Shown in pieces: positions 1 through 10,621 of a stretch of 29,554 nucleotides of DNA. Under the pieces are notes generated by a model. That model searched no databases and was not told where the DNA came from. It saw only the letters and a program-made list of their open reading frames with translations. Position 1 is the stretch's first letter. Each line of letters begins with the position of its first letter. A program made the translations under genes and the position numbers. Source of the DNA: a virus; the IMG/VR virus record IMGVR_UViG_3300045988_082515, one strand, 5' to 3'.

Positions 1-119
1 GTTTTTTTTTGTAAACTTATTGCAAGTATCAACGCTGAGTACCCTACACTCTTCGGAAAGGGAGATGAAGAAGAGACTAAGGAAAACCAGGGACAAACTG
101 GAAAGGAGGAAACTTCTGA
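1..119. repeat. Terminal direct repeat copy 1, identical to 29436..29554. Circular-assembly overlap, or possibly true terminal redundancy.
   Basis: Bases 1-119 (g, T9, gtaaacttattgcaag ... aacttctga) recur base for base at 29436-29554. An ORF reads straight through the junction. Confidence 0.95.
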
Positions 120-327
120 AGAGCTTAATACAGACGAGACGATTAATCCTTTTACTCAAAAATGAAGCTGAATTATCTGAATAGATAAGGTGAGTGAAGT
201 TACCAGATTTAATTGGCATCAGATATATGATATGCAGATTAAAGAGTTCCTGAATCTTATATGCTATGTTATAGATAAAGCTAATGAAGAAAATAGACAG
301 ATTGAAGAATGAAAAAGAAAACATTAA
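1..327 (+). CDS. C-terminal -1-frame extension of the wrap-around gene that starts at 28978. Tail-assembly-chaperone-like, the long GT-type product.
   Basis: Frame 1 is open from base 1 to TAA 325-327 when TGA is read as Trp (TGA at 163, 169, 178, 310). The peptide is protein-like (...NPFTQKWSWIIWIDKVSEVTRFNWHQIYDMQIKEFLNLICYVIDKANEENRQIEEWKRKH). There is no ATG near its 5' end. It is entered from the upstream frame at the T9 run. The 0 frame instead ends at TAG 182-184. Confidence 0.5.
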
Positions 328-328
328 C

Positions 329-378
329 TGTAACCTTTTTACTCATATTTGGTACTAAGATAATATAAAAAAGTTACA
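329..378 (-). repeat. Conserved palindromic intergenic element, copy A, in reverse orientation relative to copies B and C.
   Basis: Arms TGTAACCTTTTT (329-340) and AAAAAAGTTACA (367-378) pair over 12 bp with 1 mismatch. The 26-nt loop, reverse-complemented, matches the loop of copy C at about 20/26 positions. Confidence 0.7.
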
Positions 379-384
379 TATAAA

Positions 385-409
385 ATAGGGAGTACACCTC
401 CCTATTTTC
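385..409 (+). terminator. Rho-independent-type terminator hairpin.
   Basis: Stem atagggag (385-392) pairs with ctccctat (398-405). The loop is tacac and a T-run follows. Confidence 0.6.
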
Positions 410-448
410 ATTAGCTACTAATATATAAAATAATATATTTTAACAAAA

Positions 449-937
449 ATGAATATTCAAGAATTAAAGTTCTCAAATTTAAGTGAGCTATTAAGAAAGT
501 GAGGAGATCTTATAATTTCTCTTTATAGACAGGAATTAGTTAAAACCAGATCTGATGACACTGGAGCATTAGGTAATAGTTTAAACTATATAGTTGAGAC
601 TCAGGATGGAGACTATGAGGTTAATTTTAGCTTATTAGATTATTGAGAATATGTTGAAGAAGGCAGAGCTGCTGGTAAATTTCCTCCATTATCTGATATA
701 AAGAGTTGGATTAAAACTAAGCCAGTAATTCCAAGACCTTATAATGGCAAGTTACCTACTGTAGATCAACTTGCATATTTAATTGGAAGAAAGATACATC
801 TTCAAGGAACTCAAGGAAAACATCCACTTACTAATACTATAGAATATATAGAGAACAATTATATGGAACTTCTTGATGATGCTATAACTAAAGACTTACA
901 AGGACAAGTAGATTATTATTTATTTAAAGACTTTTAA
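449..937 (+). CDS. Virion/tail-associated protein, possibly an HK97 gp10-like tail-completion or neck protein. Function uncertain.
   Basis: ATG 449 to TAA 935-937, 162 aa, with 2 in-frame TGA (500, 644). The motif LLDYWEYVEEGRAAGKFPP...IKSWIKTKP weakly resembles tail-completion proteins. The standard-code track misses this gene entirely. Confidence 0.6.
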
Positions 938-939
938 AA

Positions 940-2544
940 ATGACATTTATACCAAGTAAATTAGGAATACCAAGAAGTACAGGAACATATCCTGTTAAAT
1001 GGGAAAATCCAGGATGGGGTCTTACAGGAGTATATGATTATTGGCTATGAGGAGATGACTATTCAGAAGAGGGTCCATTAGATGTTACTATTTCTAATGC
1101 AAGTACAAGCGGTTGTACTATTAACTTTAGAAATCCCTCAACGATTACAACGGACTCTTCTACAATATTTAGATTATACCCAAGAGGACATACTACTGCT
1201 TTATTGGAAGATACTATGCCAGTTTATCTTCATAGTAAAGCCCCTGGATATTATCCTGCAAATGGCAGTATAACAGTGCCTAATACTGGAGGTACTTATA
1301 CTGTTGAATATATATTAAGTAGAGCAGATATTATTAAATGAACTTGTGATGTAGTAAATGCTACTGCTTTAGTGAGTGTTGAGGTATTAGAATGAGATTC
1401 CTGCTCTATTAAGTTTAAGATTACAGTAGATGCTAATACTGAATGAAATACTAATCTTACTGGAACTATTCAATTAGGAGCTTATTATGAAACTAATAAG
1501 TTTATTTCTTATAGTTATGGCTTTAATATTGTACAAGAGGTTAAAGCAGATATATCTCCAATATGGAAAGATTATATATGAGAAGAGGAAACTTTAAATG
1601 ATTTTATAGAATATCATCTTGATTATGCAGGAGATACTATTTATGCTGGTAAAGCTTATAAATATCCTGATGCTACAGGAGTACAATTTTTACTTAATGA
1701 TGTATCTGAAGACTTTTTAGATAACGGCATTATATTTCCATCTTTTGGAAAGACAGAAATTATACCTAACTATTTAAAAACCTTTACATTAATAACTTCA
1801 AGCGGTAGTGAAAAGCCTGTAACATTCTTTAATGATTGGTCTTATAAAGATACAGATTTAACTAAGCCTTATTTCTTAAGTGACCCTATTAGCACTTTAG
1901 TTGATTCAAGACAGTATGTATTATGTAGTTGGATATTCCCAACTGGTGAAGGTGTGCTTAATAGACGTTATACTACACCTGAAGGAGTAGTAACTAATGT
2001 AGATATTACATTAAGACAAGGAATTAATGGTTATACTTATGCAGAACCTTTAGGTAATTTACTTTTGGAATGCAAGAGTAAATATGAAATAGGATTTGTT
2101 GAATCTGGCTCTTTTACTACAACTATTAATTATCAGATTGATACTACTAATAAGAATTATGTATTATATTATACTAATGCTTATGGAGGATGGGATAGTT
2201 TATTAGTACAAGGTAATGTTAAACAAACGGATCAAATTGAATCTCAGACTTATATAAGAAAGGTATTAAATACCGCTTCTCAGTTTAGTAAAAATAAGTA
2301 TTTAAACACTATAGTTCCAGAATGGACTTTATATACTAATTATCTTACAGATACTCAAGCATCAAAGATGCACCATCTATTAGAATCTACTATGGTATAT
2401 TTACATAATCTGGAGGATAATAAGATTATTCCTGTAATAATTACTAATAATAGTTGTGAGTATAAGACATATAGTAATCAGGGTAAAAATATGTTTTATT
2501 ATACTATAGAAGTACAAAGTTCTCAAGATAAATATAGAAAATAA
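940..2544 (+). CDS. Tail/baseplate structural protein, 534 aa. Exact role unknown.
   Basis: ATG 940 is in the same frame as track ORF 1954-2544. Five in-frame TGA (1048, 1339, 1393, 1444, 1579) and no TAA/TAG. The translation is protein-like throughout (...YYTNAYGGWDSLLVQGN...). It lies directly upstream of the large tail protein. Confidence 0.7.
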
Positions 2545-2545
2545 A

Positions 2546-5500
2546 ATGAGAAAGAATATAAAACTATTTATTGCAAATAAAGAGGTTGACTGTAGTGAGG
2601 GAATTAGTCTTCCTATAACTTATACAGTTGAGGATTTCCAAAACCCCACTATAGTCAAGAACTCGTTTAGTAAGACGATTTCTATACCTGGTACCAAAAA
2701 TAATAATAAGATATTTGGAGAAATCTATAAATTAGATAGATTACAACATATTGAAGACGGTCAGTTTAGCGGTATTAATTTCAATCCTTCAAAACGAGTT
2801 GATTTTGGAATCTATTATAATGGAGATTTAATAGAATCTGGTTATATGCAATTAAATACCATACAAATTAAACAGAAGGTCATTACATATAACATTACTT
2901 TATATGGAGGCTTAGGAGATTTCTTCTATGGGCTTAAATATAAAGAAGATGGATCATTAAGAACTCTTGCTGATTTACAATACTTTATTACAGATGAGGA
3001 AGGTAATGTTTTACCTGCTGATACTGAAATGGATTTTTATATTAATAAAGATTTTGTAAATAAATCATTTAATAATTATTGGAATAGCGACTTTACTACA
3101 TTAGATAGCTTTGTTGGATTTATTCCTGCATATAATGGTTTATATGAGAATTTTGACAATGAAACTTGTTTAATAAATACAGCAGGAGACACTCTATTTC
3201 CCAAATCTGCAAGCGATGGAGGAACAACATATACTCCATATAATGGTTATGCTTTAGCACAATTAAATAGAGCTTATACAGAATGGGAAATAAGAGACTT
3301 ACGCAGTTATATGCAAAGACCAGTGTTAAAACTTTCTAAGCTTATAGAAACTATTTGTAGAAAAGAGAATTCTGGATATGATGTAATATTTGATGATTAC
3401 TTCTTTAATTATGCAAATCCTTATTGGAGCAAATCATTTGTAGCTCTTCCCTTGCTTGGAAGTAGTGAAGATGAAGAATCAGATTCTATTAAAGAGAACG
3501 CAAAGCTTATTAAATATGGAGCAGATAACTGGTGGGTAGGATTAAAACCTGGAGGAACAACAACTTCATATAATTGAGGATATACTTCTGTTGATGGCAG
3601 CGAGGTAATAGTTCCTGGAGAAGGAAATATTATTGATTTATCTGCAACACCTGCTAATACTTTAGTAAATATCTCAATGGATTTTCAGGTGTTCTTCAAT
3701 GCTAATGCTAGTTCCTCTGCAAATAATCTTTATTTATCCTATGTACGCAATGGAAAAATGGGAAATACTGAGTATCATAATGATCCGTATAGAACATCTT
3801 TAACTGTTCAGATACTTGTATATAATGCCGATGATGAATCTGTTCCATCTAAACCTATAGCATATTCTCCATTGTATAATTTTACAAATAAGATTAATAC
3901 TCAAGTTCAAGCTGGACCATCTACTTGGTTTAATTATTATCCTCTTACTGATGCTCCTGTTGAGGCTATTTATGGCCATTTTGTTAAAGATAGTGGGCAG
4001 AGGTACTATTTTAAAAGTGATACTGGAAGCAATACCTTTAGATTTGTGGTTAAAGATATGCCAAAAGTAAATAAGATAAGGGTGTCAATTCAATTTGCCA
4101 GAAGAACAGAAAGTCTCTATAATCAAGATGCTTTATGGATTTCAGATAATATGAACCCAAATAATGTTACTGCATCAAGAGTAGCAGGATGATCTGAATT
4201 TTTATATGATTCAGATCAATATACATTAATTGCAAGTTGGCCATCGGCTGTAACATCTGATGCTCTTATTACTAAGCAGAAGCTTTTAAAGACAGAATCT
4301 ACACCTGCGGATTATTTACTTAGCTATGCTAAAATGTTTGGATTATATTTTATTAAAGATATAGATTCCAAAACTATTAGAATATTTACCAGAAACAACT
4401 TCTTTAAAAATAAGATAACAGATTGGTCTAAACGAATTGATTATTCAAAAGATTTTTCAGTTAATCTATTATTATTTGATAAGAAGTGATATACTATGAA
4501 ACAAGAAGCTCCTGAGACGTATTATGCAAAGAAATATAATAAACAGTATGATATAACTTATGGGCAACAGAGATTAGATACAGGATATAATTTTAATAGT
4601 GATAATACAGATTTATACTCAGATAACTTATATGAAAATGTAATATCTGCAAGAGATGTAGATAAGTATTATAGAAACTATTTTAATAGTTCAAGTTCGC
4701 CAGTTCCCTGCTTCCTAAATGATAATATTACTTATCAATTATTCCATTCTACGTCTACTGAAAGAAAAACAAACGATCAGGATCTTTATGGAGTAAATTT
4801 CATTGATTCATCTAAGACTACAGAGTGGTGAGATGTTCCTGGTAATGATATATTTGCAAAGACTTGTTTCTATTCATTAGATAATGATGAGCAAAGTTTA
4901 GAAGAAATTAAATCGACATTACTATTTTATAATGGCAATGTAGAGATGAAAGATATTGATGGCAATCCTATTACGTATTGGATTACTGATGATATTACAG
5001 AAATGTCTGTATTAAATGATTCTGAACCTTGCTATTTATATACTACTAGAGAAACTAATGAAGCTGGTGCTAAGATTGCAATTAAAAGAACTTCTTTACC
5101 ACAATTCATAAGATATAATATATCAAGTAATTATGTAATATCTAGTTGGGATTTTGGATTACCAAGAGAAATTTATATAGATAAAATTGCATATCCAGAA
5201 CAAAGTGTTATTTATTCTCAATTCTGGAAAGAGTTCTATACTGATCAATTTGATGTTAATACTAAGAAAGTTACTTGTTTTGTAAAATTAAATGATTTAC
5301 AAGTAAACTTTGATATGTTAAGACAGTTTTACTATTTTGAAGATAGTTATTGGGTATTAAATAAAATAGATGCTTATGATGTTAATTCTGATGCAACTAC
5401 CAGATGTGAATTTATAAGAGTTCAAGACATTAATAATTATATAGGAGGAGTATCTACTTTAGGTAAATACATAGAAGTAAGTGACCCAGAAGTTACTGTA

Positions 5501-5995
5501 GGGTATGAAGCTGGAAGTAAAGTTGTAACTATAGAATCTAATGTTCCTTGGAAAGTTAGTTGGTATAATAATTTGAAGATTACAAATATTTCACCAATGG
5601 AAGGATTACCTGGAATTAGTACTATGACTATTGAATATAATGAAAATCCTAAATATATTGAAGATAACTTCTATTTAAGTTTAGTAGCTCAATCTGATAT
5701 TTATGAAAGATTAGGACAAGTACATTTTTATCAAACTCCTGATCCATCTAAATCAGTAAAGCTTTCTGGAAAAGTAATAGATGCAGATGGTAAAGTATTA
5801 GATGTACAACCTTATATCTATGTAGATAATGACAACTTTGTAGATAGTACATATTGTGATGCAACAACTGGAGAGTACTATTTATATGTTCAAAAAGGAG
5901 TTCCATTCCATTTTGAAGTACAATTATCAAGTGTTGTTAAATATGAGGAAGAACTTACTTTAAATGGAGATACTATTAAAAATATTACAATCTAA
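2546..5995 (+). CDS. Large tail-tip/host-recognition protein (1149 aa) with a BACON-like domain and a carboxypeptidase-regulatory-like C-terminal domain.
   Basis: Track ORFs 2546, 3677, 4496 and 4946 are all in frame 2 and are joined only by TGA (3575, 4190, 4487, 4829). The C-terminal region VTVGYEAGSKVVTIESNVPWKVSWYNNLKITNISPMEGLPGISTMTIEYNENP fits the BACON pattern. SGKVIDADGKVLDVQPYIYVD...TTGEYYLYV fits the CarboxypepD_reg pattern. Confidence 0.75.
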
Positions 5996-8685
5996 TGGCA
6001 CAAACAGAAATTAAAAAGGTTATTAGTATTGATACTAAGTCAAGTAATAAGTCAATAAACTCTTTAAAGAAGGATATTGATGCGTTATCTAGTTCTCTGA
6101 ATGATTTAGAGATTGGTACTAAGGAATATAATGAAACTCTTGCATTACTAGGTAAAAGACAATCAGAGTTCAATAAGATTAATGAGCAGATAGCAAGATC
6201 TTCGAGAACTACTGCTCAAAGATTTGAAAGTGTAGCTAAAATATCCACTGGGTTGGCCAGTGGATATAGTGCTGCAACTGCTGCTATTACTTTATTTGGG
6301 AAAGAATCAGAAGATTTAAATAAAGTAATGGTTAAGTTACAATCTACTATTGCTTTAGTTCAAGGTGTGGGAGGTATAAAAGATTTATTAGAAGAATTGC
6401 CTACTTTAGGTAATTGGTTTAAGAAATTAACTGATTTTATCTCTCCATTTAATACAGGGTTGAATAATGCTGCCAAAAATCTTAATCAGATTGATGCCGC
6501 TAAACTAAATAATATTGGCACTTCTGTTGGAAATGTTGGTACTGAATTGGGAAATATTTCTAAAGTTGTAAAAGATTTAGAGGGAGCCAATATTAATTTT
6601 AAAGTAGGTATGATTCAAGGAGTAATGGGCACTCCTGAGGAAATAAATTCTACTAATAAAAGTGTCTCTAATACCATTCCCATAGTTGGCAAATTTAATG
6701 ATACTGTTAAGAATTCTGCTAACAGTATGAAAGTCACCAGTGAAGAGTTAGAGAGATTAAAAAGGAATTCTCCAGCAATTGCAGCAGCATTGAATAAACA
6801 AGCAGATGCTGCGAAAGGGCTGGCAGATGGGACTTCACAAGCTGCTAAGGCAACTACAGCATTTTCAAAAGCAACTACAGCTCTTAAAACTATTGGTAAT
6901 GTAACAGTATGGATAGCTTTAGCTACAGCTATTGGATTAGCTATTAATAAGGTAATAGATTATGTATCTTCTATAAGAACAGCTGCTAAAGAGCAAGAAG
7001 AATTTAGAAAATCTATCACTGATGCTACTAATCAAATTTCTTCTAAGTCTATTGCTATATTTAAAGAGCTTCAGATAGCATATGAGAGGGTTGGAGATTC
7101 AGCAGATGCTAAACAAGAGTTCCTTAATAAATATGCAGATAAGATTAAAGAGACTGGCTTAAATATTAACACTGTAGCTCAAGCAGAGGATGCATTTATT
7201 AATAATACTGGAAATTATGTAGCTGCTTTAACAGCAAGAGCTAAAGCTCAGGCTATAGAGGAGCAAGCAATTAAAATCTACGAAGAGTATTTAAATAAAC
7301 GTTCTGAGCTTGAACATAAGATAGAAGATACTAATTTTGGAGAGGCATCTGCTTGGCAGGCTTTTAAAGCCACCGCAATGTTTTGGAAGGACTATCAAGG
7401 TCAGATATACGAATATACTAAGCAAAACAAAGAAAACACTTATAATGAGCTTTCAGACTTAAACAGAGAAATAGAAGAAAGACTTAGAAAGATGTTTGAA
7501 GATGTGGCTGAGCTTAATAAGAAATACGGAGGATTTTTTGATATAGAAGTCATTAAAAATAACACTACACAGGCTAAAGAAGAAATAAACGAGTTTGATG
7601 TATGGTTACAGAATAGACTAAATGCCAAAAATCCCGTAGACGAACTTGAAGATGAATATATTAGACTATTAGCATTAGCTATTAAGTATAATAGGGGAAT
7701 TGAAGAGGTAGAAGCTTGGCATCAAGAAGAGCTGAAGAAAATTAGAGATAAGGCTAGAGAAGATGAAGAAAATGCAAGAAAAAGTGCTGCAGATAAAGCT
7801 TGGAATGATTTCCAGGCTGAGTTAAAAAGAATCAGAGATTTATCCTCAACAAGTAATCTTAGAGAGCCAGTAGAACAGACATTCCAAACTACTTATACTC
7901 AAGGAGCATCTAAGGCATTCGGTTTGGCGGGAGACTATAATGGAACAGGTTATAAGTTTACTTACCAAAGCAGAGATGATTTAAATAATCAATATAAGGC
8001 GCAAACTGAGTATAATAATGAACTGTTAAGACTGACTAGAGAGCGTATTTTACAAGAGAATGAATTGTTAAATGAGCAACTTTCTAATGAGCAATTATCT
8101 GCAGATAGAAGGCTTGAAATAGAGCGAATTCTTGATGAGAATAAGAGAGCTTTGTCTGATGCTGAAATTAAAAACGAACAAGCTAATACTCAGGCTTATC
8201 AACACTTACAACAAGCAAGACAACAGGCTTTACAAGGTACTTTATCAGTAGCATCTAGTGTTGCAGGAAGTATGGCAACTATATGAGGAGAGGAAAGTAA
8301 AGTAGGTAAAGGATTTGCAACAGCTCAAGCTTTAATTGATACATATAGTGCAGCAAATAGCGCATACTCTGCTATGGCAGGAATTCCTATTGTAGGTCCT
8401 GCTTTAGGTATTGCTGCGGCTGCAGCTGCAGTAGTTGCAGGTATTGCAAATGTTAAAAAGATTTGAGAAGTAGATGAATCAGGTGCAAGTGGAGTGAGTG
8501 GAGCATCTGCAGCAGTGGCAGCACCAGCTGCTTTAAATACAGCTCCTGTTGAATATACTCGCAACCTATTAGGAGATAAAGAAACTGACCTTTTAAACGA
8601 ACCTGTTAAGTGTTATGTTGTTGAATCTGACATTACTTCAGCTCAAACTAAGGTAGCAGTTACTGAATCTAATGCTTCATTCTAG
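5995..8685 (+). CDS. Tail tape measure protein (896 aa).
   Basis: Track ORFs 5995-8286 and 8494-8685 share frame 1 and are joined through TGA at 8284 and 8464. The protein has long coiled-coil-like Ala/Gln/Glu-rich stretches. The C-terminal segment AQALIDTYSAANSAYSAMAGIPIVGPALGIAAAAAAVVAGIANVKKIW is typical of tape-measure proteins. Ends at TAG 8683-8685. Confidence 0.75.
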
Positions 8686-8694
8686 AAATGTTTA

Positions 8695-8746
8695 ATGTAA
8701 CTTTTTTATTCTTATTAACTACAAAATATGAGTAAAAAGGTTACAT
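8695..8746 (+). repeat. Conserved palindromic intergenic element, copy B.
   Basis: Arms ATGTAACTTTTTT (8695-8707) and AAAAAGGTTACAT (8734-8746). The 26-nt loop attcttattaactacaaaatatgagt is close to the loop of copy C. Confidence 0.7.
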
Positions 8747-8797
8747 TAGATATTCTAAAAATATTACAAATTTATAAAGTGCTATATATTAATAAAA

Positions 8798-9391
8798 ATG
8801 GAAATTACTTATAATGATCTTCCATTATTTCAGGCAGTGATTACTGATGATTGTGATGGAATAGAATATGTTGCTTTAACAAGTAAACCAGCTACACAAG
8901 TTAACTGGGTTGCTTTTAGTAATTCTCAGAAGTTCTCGATGGATGAAGATAAGCATTTAGTAACATCTTGCTTAATGTTAAGTGATACCCCAATTTTCAG
9001 ACGAGATGAGAAACTCGGAGAATACTACATACAGTATGATAAGGAAACTCTTCGTAAAATGGCAGAGAAGATGCTGTATGATAAAAGAACTACAGATGTG
9101 AATATTGAACATTTAGAAGATTCTGATTTAAATGGAATTACTCTACAAGAAATCTATGTAAAGGATATTAATAGAGGAATATCTCCAGTTGAATTCCAGG
9201 ATGTTCCTGATGGTTCTTTATTTGCCACTTATAAAGTAGATAATCAAGTTATTTGGGATGCAATTAAAGCTGGTAAGTTTAAAGGGTTCTCAATTGAAGG
9301 TTTATTTACTTTAGAGAGAAAGTCTGATGAATATGACGAAATAAAAGAGATCCTTAATATGATTAAGAAGATAAAAAGAGTTAAACATTAA
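8798..9391 (+). CDS. Prohead protease, XkdF-like.
   Basis: Intact 197-aa ORF. The region ...DKRTTDVNIEHLEDSDLNGITLQEIYVKD... and its position upstream of scaffold and capsid resemble XkdF-type phage proteases. No TGA. Confidence 0.55.
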   Translation: MEITYNDLPLFQAVITDDCDGIEYVALTSKPATQVNWVAFSNSQKFSMDEDKHLVTSCLMLSDTPIFRRDEKLGEYYIQYDKETLRKMAEKMLYDKRTTDVNIEHLEDSDLNGITLQEIYVKDINRGISPVEFQDVPDGSLFATYKVDNQVIWDAIKAGKFKGFSIEGLFTLERKSDEYDEIKEILNMIKKIKRVKH

Positions 9392-9401
9392 AAAGAGGTT
9401 A

Positions 9402-10004
9402 ATGTATAGTGGATGTATATACTTAGCAACCAATCAAACTAATGGTGCAAAATATGTTGGGCAGACTAATGATTTTAGTCGCAGACAAAAAGAACATAAG
9501 TACAGAACTAAGAATGATAAATTTCATAATGCAATTCAGTATTATGGTTTTGATTCCTTTAAATGGGATATTCTGCAAGTATTTTGCTGTTCAACAGCTG
9601 AATTACTAAGAACAAAACTGGATGAAGCAGAAATGAGATATATTAAATTATTTGATACTTATTCAAATGGTTATAATCTTACATTAGGTGGAGGAGGCAA
9701 TAAAGGACAGATTCATACAATCGAATCTAGAAATAAAATGTCTGCAAAACAGAGAGGAAGGATTATAAGCGATGAAACAAAAGATAAGCTTAGATTAGTA
9801 CGTTTAGGTTCTGTACAGAGTAAAGAATCCAGGCAAAAAGTAAGTAAACGTATAATTCAAACAGATTTGAATGATGTTTATATAAAAACTTGGGATTCTT
9901 CGATGGATGCTGAACGAGAGGATAAATTTGATCATAGTGCTATTATAAGATGTTGCAAAGGTAAACAAAACTATCATAAAAATTTTAAATTTAAGTATGA
10001 GTAA
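9402..10004 (+). CDS. GIY-YIG homing endonuclease with NUMOD3-like repeats (HEG 1).
   Basis: N-terminus GCIYLATNQTNGAKYVGQTNDFSRRQKEHK...NGYNLTLGGGG carries the GIY-YIG, R and NGYN motifs. It also has repeated xSxExRxKxS NUMOD3-like units. It is inserted between the protease and scaffold genes and is one of the few genes with an AGAGG-like RBS. Confidence 0.85.
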   Translation: MYSGCIYLATNQTNGAKYVGQTNDFSRRQKEHKYRTKNDKFHNAIQYYGFDSFKWDILQVFCCSTAELLRTKLDEAEMRYIKLFDTYSNGYNLTLGGGGNKGQIHTIESRNKMSAKQRGRIISDETKDKLRLVRLGSVQSKESRQKVSKRIIQTDLNDVYIKTWDSSMDAEREDKFDHSAIIRCCKGKQNYHKNFKFKYE

Positions 10005-10599
10005 ATTCACTAAAATTAAATTGGAGTTAGCGAGAATGCTGTCTAATTTTACGGATCTAAAGACATCAAGTGGTGTACTTACTTGGGATTCAGATGAAGA
10101 CTTACGCGCTGGTATGGATGTGTATGTTCAGGATGAGAACGGAGAATACAAACCTGCTGAGGATGGTGAGTATGTAACTGAGGATGGAAAGACAATTGTT
10201 GTTAAAGACGGTAAAGTAGAGTCTGTAACTGATCCTAAAGCTGAGGTTGATCCAGAAGAAGCAGCTAAAGCAGAAGTTGATGCTGCTTGTGGAAAACGCA
10301 AGGTAGAAACTGCTGAAGAGCCAGTTGATCCTGAAGTAGCTACTGATGGTGACAAAGAAACTGTAACTGATGCAATTGATGCAATTCATCGCGAAATTAA
10401 TGAGCTTTATGACATTGTTGATAAGCTTGTTAAGAAAGTAGCTGAATTAGAGGGTAAATCTGAAGCTACAGAAAAGACGGTTGAAAAGATGAGCAAAATG
10501 AGTGCTGCATTTTCAGCTGAGGAACAGATAGAAGGCAAAGCTTCAATAATGACTGGTAATCCTGTTATTGATAAAAAGCTTAAAAACTTTATTGGTTAA
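9997..10599 (+). CDS. Scaffolding protein (putative).
   Basis: Acidic 200-aa protein predicted to be helical, immediately upstream of the major capsid gene. Its start overlaps the HEG stop (ATGAGTAA). Confidence 0.55.
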   Translation: MSKFTKIKLELARMLSNFTDLKTSSGVLTWDSDEDLRAGMDVYVQDENGEYKPAEDGEYVTEDGKTIVVKDGKVESVTDPKAEVDPEEAAKAEVDAACGKRKVETAEEPVDPEVATDGDKETVTDAIDAIHREINELYDIVDKLVKKVAELEGKSEATEKTVEKMSKMSAAFSAEEQIEGKASIMTGNPVIDKKLKNFIG

Positions 10600-10621
10600 T
10601 TATTAAATTATTTATAAAATT

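Noticed and set aside
1-119. The terminal repeats as ends of a transposon, LTR-type element or integrated prophage att sites.
   Set aside because: The repeat lies inside a coding sequence that reads across the junction. No flanking host DNA, integrase or transposase is present. An exact overlap of this size is typical of a circular-contig assembly artefact.
2546-5995. Treating the fragmented track ORFs (for example 2546-3577, 3677-4192, 4496-4831, 4946-5995) as separate genes or as a decayed pseudogene or frameshifted assembly.
   Set aside because: All fragments stay in one frame. Every break is TGA and never TAA or TAG. The inter-fragment stretches are open and protein-like. The same pattern recurs in 18 genes, including essential ones (terL, tape measure, endolysin).
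8325-8564. Antisense or off-frame track ORFs: 1082-1273(+), 5748-5930(-), 5985-6173(-), 7440-7628(-), 8325-8564(-), 9804-10010(-), 10102-10389(-), 10128-10355(-), 10657-10869(-), 10838-11026(-), 14424-14612(-), 16290-16481(-), 18847-19152(-), 21664-21861(-), 26683-26997(-).
   Set aside because: Each lies wholly inside a longer, well-supported gene on the other strand or in another frame. Their composition is low-complexity or shadow-like, for example the Ala/Ser-rich mirror of the tape measure and scaffold. None has a sensible start context.
8767-8774. A minus-strand TAAATTTG box downstream of element B as a bona fide antisense promoter into the tape-measure gene.
   Set aside because: There is only a -7-like box and no TTTG at the -33 position. 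In AT-rich DNA such an 8-mer can occur by chance. It is kept only as a note under the palindromic-element finding.
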